In this document: piece after piece, positions 20,574-29,638 of the stretch | Layout of the letters: each line of letters opens with the position of its first letter | Position numbering within the stretch: position 1 is the first letter of the stretch | Origin: Methanobacteriota archaeon | GTDB taxonomy: Archaea > Thermoplasmatota > Poseidoniia > Poseidoniales > Thalassarchaeaceae | Length of the DNA: 64,000 bases | Direction: 5' to 3' | Assembly (NCBI GenBank): GCA_029977385.1 | Contig: JAPOKZ010000002.1 | Coordinates: forward strand, 15,492 to 79,491 | The notes under the pieces: model-generated | The model's input: the letters and a program-made list of their open reading frames with translations, nothing else | Databases searched by the model: none | What the model was told of the DNA's origin: nothing | Made by a program: the position numbers and the translations under genes

Positions 20574-21407
20574 CTAACCTAGGGCTACATCAAGCATCAT
20601 CATCACAGTGAAACCAATCATTACTCCCATTGTGGCTATGTCTCCATTCTTCCCCCTGTGTGCCTCCGGCACTAACTCCTCTACCACCACGAAGATCATT
20701 GCACCCGCAGCGAATGCAAGTGCATACGGTAGAATAGGGGTCATGTAGACTATTGCAGCAGCACCTAGTACTGCAGATAGGGGCTCCACCATCGCAGATA
20801 GTTGACCCCACCAGAAACTCTCCTTTTTCGTCAATCCTTCTCTCCTTAGAGGTACAGATACAGCAGCTCCTTCAGGAAAGTTCTGAATCCCAATCCCAAT
20901 CGTCAAGGCAATAGCCGCACCTAGCCCCTCTCCCGAAGAAGCCGCTCCGAATGCTACTCCAACAGCCAATCCTTCTGGTACGTTGTGCAAGGTTATCGCA
21001 GAAATCAGGAGTTTGCTCCTGTGCCAACTTGTTTTCACCCCCTCTACCTCTTCTGGGGGGGCTCCAGGATGGAGGTGGGGAAGATATGCGTCAATCACTC
21101 TCATGCAAACTCCTCCAAAGATGAAACCTATCGCTGCTGGAAGGACTTTGGCAAGCCCCTCGCCATCCGTTTGATCTATTGCAGGGCCAAGAAGGCCGAA
21201 GCAACTCGCCGCAATCATGACTCCAGCAGCGAATCCTAGCATTCCATCTAGGGCCTTTCTGTCTATTTCTCGGAAGAAAAAAACTAGTCCCGCTCCTGCA
21301 GCAGTCATGAACCAAGTGAACAAGCCCGCCAACAGTGCCTGCTCGATCGGACCCAAACCGTCAAACACTTCTTCGACGTTCACAATACCTGCTCCAAAAT
21401 CGTGCAT
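20574..21407 (-). CDS. zupT: ZIP family metal transporter (ZupT/GufA)
   Basis: LGFAAGVM, PHLH, LHNVPEGLAVG, QNFPEG and ELVPE motifs; start 21407 or 21422. Confidence 0.9.
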   Translation of the reverse strand: MHDFGAGIVNVEEVFDGLGPIEQALLAGLFTWFMTAAGAGLVFFFREIDRKALDGMLGFAAGVMIAASCFGLLGPAIDQTDGEGLAKVLPAAIGFIFGGVCMRVIDAYLPHLHPGAPPEEVEGVKTSWHRSKLLISAITLHNVPEGLAVGVAFGAASSGEGLGAAIALTIGIGIQNFPEGAAVSVPLRREGLTKKESFWWGQLSAMVEPLSAVLGAAAIVYMTPILPYALAFAAGAMIFVVVEELVPEAHRGKNGDIATMGVMIGFTVMMMLDVALG

Positions 21408-21408
21408 T

Positions 21409-21984
21409 TCAAGTTTCTTCATTCACACATTGTAGTTTCTCAGACAATTCTCTAATGTCCTCCGGAGTATCTATGTTCATTTGCAGAAACCTGTCGGGAA
21501 CCTCGAATTTACGAGCCTCGATTACTTCTCTTAATGGCAAGTTTGGCGAACTCTTCCTAATTTTCTCGACATCTTCGGAAGCAAGTGCCAGGGGGTGTCC
21601 ACCCCTTCCATCCTTCATCGGACAGCAGGTCTCTTCAGAGCCAATTAGAAGATCCAGGGTAGAATCTGAGAATCCCGGGCGGTCCACGGGAACAACAAGC
21701 AGTCTGTAATCCTCTTTTCTGGAGGAATCAATACTGGCGATTCCGACTTTCAGAGACCCCGTCCTCCCATTGTCTGGATTCGGGTTTAAGACAACATTCG
21801 CTTCACTAACTATATTGGAAATCTCGCCAAAGTTTCCTTCATTTGCAACTATGGTGATATTTGTTACTCGACCCGACAATCTTTGAGAAAACCAACTTAT
21901 TAGAGTCTCAGAACCGACGTCGATTAATGCCTTATCTCTGCCAAGCCGTCTGCTTGAACCAGCCGCAAGAATAACGCATTCCAC
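21409..21984 (-). CDS. mocA: Molybdenum cofactor cytidylyltransferase-like NTP transferase
   Basis: ILAAGSSRRLG.DKAL, PVD.P, GGHP and NIDTPED motifs; near xdhC and a xanthine-oxidase-family enzyme. Confidence 0.75.
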   Translation of the reverse strand: MECVILAAGSSRRLGRDKALIDVGSETLISWFSQRLSGRVTNITIVANEGNFGEISNIVSEANVVLNPNPDNGRTGSLKVGIASIDSSRKEDYRLLVVPVDRPGFSDSTLDLLIGSEETCCPMKDGRGGHPLALASEDVEKIRKSSPNLPLREVIEARKFEVPDRFLQMNIDTPEDIRELSEKLQCVNEET

Positions 21985-22016
21985 ACTATCTCCCCGAAAT
22001 CAGAATAGCCCTCTCG

Positions 22017-22976
22017 CTAAAATAATCCTTCTAGAAAACCGCCCAGATATGCCATGTAGAATAGGTAAGTTGCAATCATCATTATTCCAATATTCTTCGT
22101 GAACTCCTTGTCTGATATGAGCATCCATACTACGAAACCCGATGTTGCCATCACTACTAGGATGTCTCTCTGGAACTCTGCATCAACAGGAATGCCACTT
22201 CCTATAAGACTTGCAATTCCAATTATTCCCATTATGTTCATGACATTCGAACCTAGCACATTTCCTACAGCTACTCCTCCTTGACCTCTAATCCCGGCTA
22301 CAAGCGTAACAGCAAGTTCTGGCAATGAAGTGCCAAGCGCTACCATCGTTAGGCCGATAACTGCCTCCGAGACTCCGAAAGTCTCAGCAATATTAGTTGA
22401 ACCAGTTACAAGAAGCTCTGCACCGTACCATATCATCACGCCTCCGAGCACACACGACGGGACCGCAACGGACATTTTGTTTGGTAGCCATGAGTCATCG
22501 AAATCATACGCATCGTCCCCCGCAATTGCAACTGAGTAGGTGTAGTAGTAGTAGCCGATCAGACATGTCAACATCACTACTCCTCCTAGAACGGGAACTT
22601 CTCCAGAATAGACGAATATTGCCATGAATAGGGTGGCCACCACTACGGCAAGAGCGTCTCTATTTACGCCAATTTCTGAATCAGATTTAGCCCCTAAGAA
22701 TGCTGCTGCTCCCAAGACCAACATCACGTTTGCGACATTAGAACCTAGGACTCCTCCAACAGCAATATTCGGCACGTCGTTCTCAATAGCCTCAATTGCA
22801 ACGGCCAATTCAGGTAGTGAGGTTCCAATGGCTACTACTGTGAATCCCACCACCAGTGGCGACACGCTAAGACTCTGAGATATCCTTGTAGCACCTTGAA
22901 CCAGGGCCTCCCCTCCAAACATTAGCAGAGCAAACCCGCCAAGGACGAAAGCGATATCAACCACAGTCTCATCCAT
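22017..22976 (-). CDS. Ca2+/Na+ antiporter (YrbG/NCX family)
   Basis: Two alpha repeats, GTSLPEL...G.VLGSN. Confidence 0.92.
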   Translation of the reverse strand: MDETVVDIAFVLGGFALLMFGGEALVQGATRISQSLSVSPLVVGFTVVAIGTSLPELAVAIEAIENDVPNIAVGGVLGSNVANVMLVLGAAAFLGAKSDSEIGVNRDALAVVVATLFMAIFVYSGEVPVLGGVVMLTCLIGYYYYTYSVAIAGDDAYDFDDSWLPNKMSVAVPSCVLGGVMIWYGAELLVTGSTNIAETFGVSEAVIGLTMVALGTSLPELAVTLVAGIRGQGGVAVGNVLGSNVMNIMGIIGIASLIGSGIPVDAEFQRDILVVMATSGFVVWMLISDKEFTKNIGIMMIATYLFYMAYLGGFLEGLF

Positions 22977-23030
22977 ATTCTACTCCCGCGACTCTTCACA
23001 ATTTACTCTTTTCCAGGCATTTTGCCGATT

Positions 23031-25895
23031 TCATTTTGCACATGCTCTCTCGATATGCCTGGTAACAACTTCGACACTGGGTATCGTGTGGTCCTCAAGT
23101 GTGGGTGAGAAAGGAACTGGCGTATCCAATGCTCCAATTACTACTGGCGGAGTTTCCATCCTCCAGAACGACTCCTCGATAATTCTACTAGAAACTGTAT
23201 GCCCGAAACCACCAGTCCACTGAGATTCTTGAAGAACGATTAGTCTACCAGTCCTAAGTACGGATTTGATGCATGTTTCCGAGTCAAAGGGGACCAGAGT
23301 TCTAAGGTCAACTATTTCCACTTCAATCCCCATCTTCGATACCTTCTCTGCTGCATCCAGTGCAACGTGTACCATGGCGCCCCAGGTGACAATAGTGAGG
23401 TCCCTTCCTCCTCTGATTACGCCTGCTTTTCCAATCGAACTATCCCCATCTCTCAGTCTATTCGCCACGTCCTCTGTATTCACAATTTGATTGATTGACT
23501 TCCCCCATCCGGTTATCCCGCCCCTCAGACCATACAGGCCAATGTGCTCTAGATAGACCACAGGATCGGGTAGATGGTGCGACTCAATTAGCAAGTCATA
23601 AGCATCCTGTGGATTACTAGGGGTCACAATGATTAATCCTGGATCGTTAGTTAGCCATGATTCAATCATGTTAGCATGAAATGGTCCACTCCTAGTCTTC
23701 GCACCCAGAGGAATTCTCACTGTCAAGGGTACCTCTGCTCCCCATCTCCATCTTAATTGAGCCGCATTATTGACTAGAGGGTTCATTGCCAGAGCTGCAA
23801 ATCCTCCGAACTGGATTTCAGCTAGTGGCCTCATCCCTCCCAAAGCCGCTCCTGTAGCCGAGTGGATAATTATCGCTTCAGATAACGGCATATCAAGCAG
23901 TTTTGATTGATGCCCCCTAGCCTTGAGACCTAGATTCATTCCGAATGCACCGGCTACTTCCATGTCCTCCCCCATAAACAACATCTGATCGCCGAATTCA
24001 TCTGCTAGTGCTGCCATTGCATTCTGAATTGCCCTGCTGTAAGTCCAAGAATTGGGGGCATCGGAGAACTCAATTGATAGCTCCCCGGGCTTAATAATAG
24101 GCTCAAAACTAGCCCTTGATCCATCAATCCTCAGAAGTTGATTCTCATGACTAGTCGCGTCTGAGATGGAGGTAATCCCCTTGACAACCGAATTTCCCTC
24201 CGGCCACTGCATTTTTTCTAGTTCGCTCCTAGCCATCTCCACCCCCTGCTCTTCTTTCTCCTGTATTCGATTGAGCCTTTGTTCCCCAACTCCGAGTTTT
24301 ATCAGCAATTCCCTATGATTGGGAAGAGGATCTTTCTCTGACCAATATCTCAGTAATTCCCGATCAACATAGCCCGGAGGGTTTCCGCTTGCTGCTCCGA
24401 GGTATAGGTCATCATGATGGTGAGCGTGCCCACAACCCCTCATTGTTTCAACGTGAATCAACGTAGCTCCGCATCCGTCTTTAGCGAACTCTTTAGCAAC
24501 TGCAGTAGATGAATAGAATAGGGCTGGATCGGATCCATCGATAGTCCATGCAGGAATTCCCATTGCATGCCCCTTGTCGCCAAATGTCTCAGCACCTGAT
24601 TGAGCAGAATTGAGAGTATCTAGTGCAATCTGATTATTCTGAATCATGAAGCATATTGGCAAACCACGAACTCCAGCGAAATTCATGGCCTCCCAGAACT
24701 CACCGCTACTACTACAACCCTCTCCTACGGGGGCTAAGTGGAATCTACTAATCCCTAGTCGACTCGCAGCTAGGGCTACACCGGTAGTAGTTGCACTTGC
24801 AATTGGCAATGGCGCAGTAGGCGGAAGGACCCCCTTCTCCCAGTTCCCGATATGCAGGTCTCTGCCACCGCTTCCTTGAATGCCTCCGTCCATGTATGAT
24901 TCTGCCTTGCCCATTTGGGCAGAGAACACCTCGATCGGGGTCTGCCCCATTGCAAGTGCTAGGCCCATATCTCTGATCATTGGAGCTACAATGTCTGCAT
25001 TATGACGTGTTTCTTCGGTTAAGTCAACTGCTCTTGTCATGGCCGTAGCGCAAGCGACCACTCCTTCCTGCCAGGTGGATCTGAAACCTTTTCCACCAAA
25101 AATACCTCCATCCGGAGTGGGTAGCCCATTAGCAAAGAGATCCTTCAATTCCTCATCCACCAATCTCGTCCGAATCATTCTTCTTTGCCATTCTATTCTA
25201 TTTTCGACAGTAATAGAAGAATAGTGAGCAATTCTTCTCATGCATAGCGTCAGATCGATTAGCAATCTGTCCAATCTTCTCTTCAGGAAGACCTCACCCT
25301 GTCTCATCGGTATTATTTCTGATTTCGTAAGGTCCGATAGAGTGGGATGCAACATCCTTTCTAAGTATCTTTGTTCGATTTTCTCGATTAATCGTATGGA
25401 GAATTCGTGAAACTCTTCACCAGTCATTTTTTCTTTACATTTTATTGAATCCCAACATTCTGAAACAGAATTTAGATGCCCATCCTGCCTCTCTGCTACA
25501 AACTCTAGTAAACTCTCCTTGGCTCTTTTTGAATCTAGTTTTGAGGGAAAAGTCAATGGATTTTCAGGAATCCACCCTGCACCCCATATTTTTGGCATAG
25601 TTGTTCGAAACTTTTCATTTCCAGACTCGTCAACAGATATTGTGGAATCTCTGATAGTGCCTTGATTCCTTCTTTCAATCTCTTCTTCAAGTGCCACCAC
25701 GTCCTTTGAGTCCCTTTCCCAAATTTCGACATTCCTGAGTCTACCCTTTCCCGAGGAAGATCTATGCAGGGTAGTCCGTACTCTTTTGCCGCACCCCACA
25801 CATCTTCTGTCTAATTTATTTGACTTATCCGATCTAGTCTTCCAGCTTTGGTGGAGGTGGCATTCGGGACACTTCCAGATGCCTACTCTCGCCAT
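23031..25895 (-). CDS. Fused E1 alpha/beta 2-oxoacid dehydrogenase with N-terminal Zn-ribbon extension
   Basis: TPP motif GEG..SSGEFWEAMN...IQNN; beta motifs GEDM, DMPLSE, EIQFGGF, GPFH and DLRTLVPFD; N-terminal CPEC...CVGC. Confidence 0.85.
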   Translation of the reverse strand: MARVGIWKCPECHLHQSWKTRSDKSNKLDRRCVGCGKRVRTTLHRSSSGKGRLRNVEIWERDSKDVVALEEEIERRNQGTIRDSTISVDESGNEKFRTTMPKIWGAGWIPENPLTFPSKLDSKRAKESLLEFVAERQDGHLNSVSECWDSIKCKEKMTGEEFHEFSIRLIEKIEQRYLERMLHPTLSDLTKSEIIPMRQGEVFLKRRLDRLLIDLTLCMRRIAHYSSITVENRIEWQRRMIRTRLVDEELKDLFANGLPTPDGGIFGGKGFRSTWQEGVVACATAMTRAVDLTEETRHNADIVAPMIRDMGLALAMGQTPIEVFSAQMGKAESYMDGGIQGSGGRDLHIGNWEKGVLPPTAPLPIASATTTGVALAASRLGISRFHLAPVGEGCSSSGEFWEAMNFAGVRGLPICFMIQNNQIALDTLNSAQSGAETFGDKGHAMGIPAWTIDGSDPALFYSSTAVAKEFAKDGCGATLIHVETMRGCGHAHHHDDLYLGAASGNPPGYVDRELLRYWSEKDPLPNHRELLIKLGVGEQRLNRIQEKEEQGVEMARSELEKMQWPEGNSVVKGITSISDATSHENQLLRIDGSRASFEPIIKPGELSIEFSDAPNSWTYSRAIQNAMAALADEFGDQMLFMGEDMEVAGAFGMNLGLKARGHQSKLLDMPLSEAIIIHSATGAALGGMRPLAEIQFGGFAALAMNPLVNNAAQLRWRWGAEVPLTVRIPLGAKTRSGPFHANMIESWLTNDPGLIIVTPSNPQDAYDLLIESHHLPDPVVYLEHIGLYGLRGGITGWGKSINQIVNTEDVANRLRDGDSSIGKAGVIRGGRDLTIVTWGAMVHVALDAAEKVSKMGIEVEIVDLRTLVPFDSETCIKSVLRTGRLIVLQESQWTGGFGHTVSSRIIEESFWRMETPPVVIGALDTPVPFSPTLEDHTIPSVEVVTRHIERACAK

Positions 25896-25920
25896 ATTGT
25901 TCCGAATCACGAATGAGCCT

Positions 25921-26126
25921 AGTACAACAATATTCGCCTACATTTAACTTATTTAACCACAATAAACAAAATATGTGGTATAAAATTGAAAATATTAAAA
26001 TTTTAACCACAATAAAAAGTAATACTGTAAAAATATATACCACTTTTAATTAATTATAATATAATTGACTCAAAATATTGATAATTACCATAATTAAAAG
26101 TGATACTATTACGAATTATACCACAT
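25921..26126. repeat. AT-rich intergenic element with iterated direct and inverted repeats
   Basis: 40 G+C in 210 nt (25921-26130); TTTAACCACAATAAA at 25952 and 26002; ATGTGGTATAA (25973) / TTATACCACAT (26116) inverted; CACTTTTAATTA (26041) / TAATTAAAAGTG (26091) inverted. Confidence 0.8.
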
Positions 26127-27235
26127 TAATATTTAATTACCGTAGAATCTACCTCGTCCGACCAGGAATTTATTCCCCCGACTAGGTTGTAGATCATGCC
26201 ATTACATAATCCCGAATCTGCAATGAATCTGGCTACTGCATCGGACCTTTGCCCACTACGACAATAAACAACAATGTCACCTTTTGAGGGTAATTCATCC
26301 AATCTAGATGGTATTTCTAGATGCATTATTCTCAAATCGGTACCTCCAATTGATGAAATCTGTTCTTCATGCGATCGTCTGACATCAAGAAGGAAAGGAG
26401 TCCAACCCTCATTCCTTCTTTTTGAGAAATCCTTTGCCCCAATCTCCGAAAACCCCATCTCTTTGCTGTCTGCAAGAGAAGTCACTCTTTCTCGTTCAGA
26501 GTTGAATGAAAAGCCCAGCCTCCTGAAATCCATAGTCAAAGCATCAATTACAAGCAATTCTCCAGACAGGCAGTTTCCAATATCCAGAATGATCTTGATA
26601 GCCTCAGTAGCTTGTATGGTGCCGACAATTCCGGGAAGAATTCCAAGAACTCCTGCCTCTGAGCAATTTGGTGCTAATTCTGGGGGTGGGGGTGATGGAA
26701 ACAAATCCCTGTAGTTGGGACCGCCCTTGAAATTGAATGTTGATACTTGACCCTCAAATCTGTGTATACTTCCAAAAATCCACGTTTTATCTTGAATCTC
26801 ACAAGTGTCACCAATCAGATATCGAGACTCAAAGTTGTCCGTACCGTCAATTACCACGTCAAATCTGGAAATTATTTCCATTGAATTCTCATTTGTCAGT
26901 TTTTCCTCAATTTCTTCAATAACTATATCCGGATTTAATTTAGAAATCCAACTGGATGCAGACTTAACCTTTGGAATTCCAATAGAGGATGAGCTATGAA
27001 TAATCTGTCTCTGTAAATTCGATGAACTTACTTTGTCATTGTCTACAATTCCTATTTTTCCGACACCGGCAGCAGCCAAATACATCAGTGCAGGAGAACC
27101 GAGGCCCCCTGCTCCAACAACAAGAACTGATGATTTCAGTAATTTCTCTTGACCTGCAGAACCAACTCCTGGGAGGACTAGGTGCCGTGCATATCTATCT
27201 CTCTGCTCCTGGCTAAGGTAGCTTGACATTGTCAT
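26126..27235 (-). CDS. moeB: MoeB/ThiF adenylyltransferase fused to rhodanese (MoeZ-like)
   Basis: RYARHLVLPGVG..GQ, GAGGLG, SNLQRQ, DGTDNF, NCSEAGVLG and rhodanese YCRSGQRS. Confidence 0.9.
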   Translation of the reverse strand: MTMSSYLSQEQRDRYARHLVLPGVGSAGQEKLLKSSVLVVGAGGLGSPALMYLAAAGVGKIGIVDNDKVSSSNLQRQIIHSSSSIGIPKVKSASSWISKLNPDIVIEEIEEKLTNENSMEIISRFDVVIDGTDNFESRYLIGDTCEIQDKTWIFGSIHRFEGQVSTFNFKGGPNYRDLFPSPPPPELAPNCSEAGVLGILPGIVGTIQATEAIKIILDIGNCLSGELLVIDALTMDFRRLGFSFNSERERVTSLADSKEMGFSEIGAKDFSKRRNEGWTPFLLDVRRSHEEQISSIGGTDLRIMHLEIPSRLDELPSKGDIVVYCRSGQRSDAVARFIADSGLCNGMIYNLVGGINSWSDEVDSTVIKY

Positions 27236-27270
27236 CGTGAAAGGGGGTCCAATCAAGGTACCTTCGGTCC

Positions 27271-28200
27271 TCAATCTTGCTCTTCCAACCATTTTTCTGC
27301 GTCAATCGCGGCCTGACAACCCATGCCAGCGGCTGTTATGGCTTGACGATACCTTTTGTCGACTACATCACCCGCAGCAAATACTCCTGGAACCTCAGTC
27401 ATTGTATTCTCCTTATGCACAATGTATCCCTCTGAGTCAGTCTCGATTTGATCACCTAGGAATTGAGTTATTGGTTTGTGACCAATTGCAATGAATGCTC
27501 CAGCGCAACTAATCTCCTCCTCCGAACCATCTCGAGGATCCTCGAGCACCGCTCCAGTGAGGCCTTGTTCGCCTGCAATCCATTTTTTCACTTGTCTGAA
27601 CGTCTTGATTTCTATTTTGGGATGCTTTTCCGCTCTTTCGTACATCACCTTAGATGCTTTGAAAACATCTCTCCTGTGGATGACTGTAACCTTACTCGCA
27701 AACCTAGTCAGGAAAGTTGCCTCCTCCATTGCTGAATCTCCTCCTCCAACAACAATAATCTCCTCATCCCGGAAGAAAGCCCCATCGCAAGTAGCACATG
27801 TGGAAATCCCGCGCCCTTTCTGCTCCTCCTCACCTTCTGCCCCAAGCCAGATTGCTTCTGCACCCGTGCAAATGATCAATGACTGGGCCCTATACTCCTC
27901 TCCCTCGACCCAAACCGCAAAAGGACGTTCCGAAAGATCAACTCTTTCCACATTCTTGTCATGAACCTCCAAACCGAACCTTTCGGCCTGCTCCCTCATA
28001 TCGATCATCATTTCTGGCCCTCCTATTCCCTTAGGGTATCCGGGGAAGTTCTCAACATCTGAAGTTAGCATCAATTGACCCCCCGACATGTAACCAGCGA
28101 ACATCAATGGATTCAGCAGGGCTCTAGCCGTGTACAGGCCCGCTGTGTATCCTGCCGGGCCGGAACCAACAATGATCACACTCCTGACGTGCTCTCCCAT
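27271..28200 (-). CDS. trxB: Thioredoxin-disulfide reductase
   Basis: GSGPAGYTA, CATCDG, GGGDSA and FAAGDV...YRQAITAAG. Confidence 0.96.
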   Translation of the reverse strand: MGEHVRSVIIVGSGPAGYTAGLYTARALLNPLMFAGYMSGGQLMLTSDVENFPGYPKGIGGPEMMIDMREQAERFGLEVHDKNVERVDLSERPFAVWVEGEEYRAQSLIICTGAEAIWLGAEGEEEQKGRGISTCATCDGAFFRDEEIIVVGGGDSAMEEATFLTRFASKVTVIHRRDVFKASKVMYERAEKHPKIEIKTFRQVKKWIAGEQGLTGAVLEDPRDGSEEEISCAGAFIAIGHKPITQFLGDQIETDSEGYIVHKENTMTEVPGVFAAGDVVDKRYRQAITAAGMGCQAAIDAEKWLEEQD

Positions 28201-28311
28201 AAGTTGCCGAGGTGTGAGGCATCCTTTGAATCTTGACAGTCAGACACCCCGATCTATTTGGGCATATTGGAGAAAGAAATTGTAATATAACAACCATCAA
28301 GAGGCTAAATT

Positions 28312-28632
28312 ATGCCAAAATACATGTATTCTGGAAACTACACTAAGGAAGGTGCCGCTGGTCTACTAAAGGACGGGGGTAAGGCGAGGAAGGAAGAAGC
28401 GAAGAGGATAGTAGAAGCAATGGGCGGGTCCCTAGAAGCCTACTATTGGTCATTCGGCGAGATGGATTTCATGATGATAGCCGATGTCCCAGAGGCAATG
28501 GCCGTGAAGTTCTCCCTCCATGTTGGAGCATCCGGGGTTTTCAATGGAAAGCTGACGCCTCTAATCACGGTTGAGGGTATGGAGGCAGCTACTTCGACTG
28601 AATTGCCTTCTATGCGCCTTCCTGGCGAGTGA
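28312..28632 (+). CDS. GYD domain protein
   Basis: 'YT.EG..GL...G...R.E.....VE.MGG.LE.YYW.FGE.D' pattern. Confidence 0.8.
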   Translation: MPKYMYSGNYTKEGAAGLLKDGGKARKEEAKRIVEAMGGSLEAYYWSFGEMDFMMIADVPEAMAVKFSLHVGASGVFNGKLTPLITVEGMEAATSTELPSMRLPGE

Positions 28633-28641
28633 TACCACCAT

Positions 28642-29037
28642 TCACTCAGACATTGCCGCTACTGCGCCAACTGCCGATCTGGCATGAGGCTCTAGTCTGG
28701 GCTCTATATGCCTAGGTTCTGCACCAGGTCCTATGATCCCCAATCCTATCGCTTTGTTGTGCTTGATTTGCAGTTCAATCACTGACTTGGTGACGGACTG
28801 CCCCATAACTAGGCCGTGGTCTGTCTCCCCCCTTTCGATAATTCCCAACACTACTGCTCCATGTATGTCTGTACTCTGGAGCATCCTATCTAGTGCCAAA
28901 GGAGCTTCCATAGACCCAGGCACCCATATGATGTCAGAAACTTCCCAATTTTTGGAACTGGCCTCATCAATGGCATAGTTCAGCATCCTCTCCACTTGTT
29001 CTCTGTGGAAAGACCCGCAGACAATTCCCAGATTCAA
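28642..29037 (-). CDS. ribH: 6,7-dimethyl-8-ribityllumazine synthase
   Basis: VPGSMEAPL, LG.I.RGETDH and GLGIIGPG motifs. Confidence 0.92.
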   Translation of the reverse strand: MNLGIVCGSFHREQVERMLNYAIDEASSKNWEVSDIIWVPGSMEAPLALDRMLQSTDIHGAVVLGIIERGETDHGLVMGQSVTKSVIELQIKHNKAIGLGIIGPGAEPRHIEPRLEPHARSAVGAVAAMSE

Positions 29038-29636
29038 GATTCAGCACCCATCCTCAACATAGCCTCTACCACTGCCTGAGTCCTCGAATCTATCTCAATG
29101 TTCACCAAATCTCCTTCGAATTTATTTCCTATGCTGGTAATCCTGAGGGTCTCAGGGATAATGTGCAGGTAGAAACCCATTTCATCACATTTTCCTACAG
29201 TAAGAGACATCCCATCAACTGCGATATAGCCCTTCTCTAGAACAAATTGGTTATATCCATCTGGAACGGATATCAGAAAATCTACGCCATCCCCTACTTC
29301 TTCCCTTTTCAGAATCTCTCCCGTCCCAATAACGTGTCCAGAGAGGATGTGACCGCCTAACTCATCTCCTAGGCGTAGAGACCTTTCCACATTTAGCACG
29401 TCGCCCACCAGTCTTTTGGAAAGGGTTGTTCTGCCCAATGTCTCAGTAATAGCATCAAAGGCTACTTTCCCGTTTTCGAAATTCACTACTGTCATGCAAA
29501 CTCCGTCTAAAGATACGCTTGCACCTATTTCCAGATCGTCATCGAATCCATTCAAATCTACAGTAAATGTACGTATTGAATCCCCATCAACAATCTGCAC
29601 TATGGGGGCAGTTCCTGCAACAATTCCAGTAAACAT
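29034..29636 (-). CDS. ribE: Riboflavin synthase (bacterial alpha-chain type)
   Basis: MFTGIV N-terminus, GASVSLDGVCMTV, GGHILSGHV, DGMSLTV and VNIEID. Confidence 0.93.
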   Translation of the reverse strand: MFTGIVAGTAPIVQIVDGDSIRTFTVDLNGFDDDLEIGASVSLDGVCMTVVNFENGKVAFDAITETLGRTTLSKRLVGDVLNVERSLRLGDELGGHILSGHVIGTGEILKREEVGDGVDFLISVPDGYNQFVLEKGYIAVDGMSLTVGKCDEMGFYLHIIPETLRITSIGNKFEGDLVNIEIDSRTQAVVEAMLRMGAES

Positions 29637-29638
29637 TC

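Noticed and set aside
25932..25959. dif-like (Xer) site ATTCGCCTACA-TTTAAC-TTATTTAACCA
   Set aside because: Arms are only weakly palindromic and no xerA is nearby; not supportable without a profile search
25952..26016. Mini-CRISPR interpretation of the 15-bp repeat with 35-nt spacer
   Set aside because: Only two short copies, repeat below normal CRISPR length, and no cas genes in the window
25834..26043. 69-aa hydrophobic ORF across the AT-rich element
   Set aside because: The Ile/Leu/Phe/Tyr-rich translation is expected from AT-rich non-coding DNA, and it overlaps the E1 start out of frame
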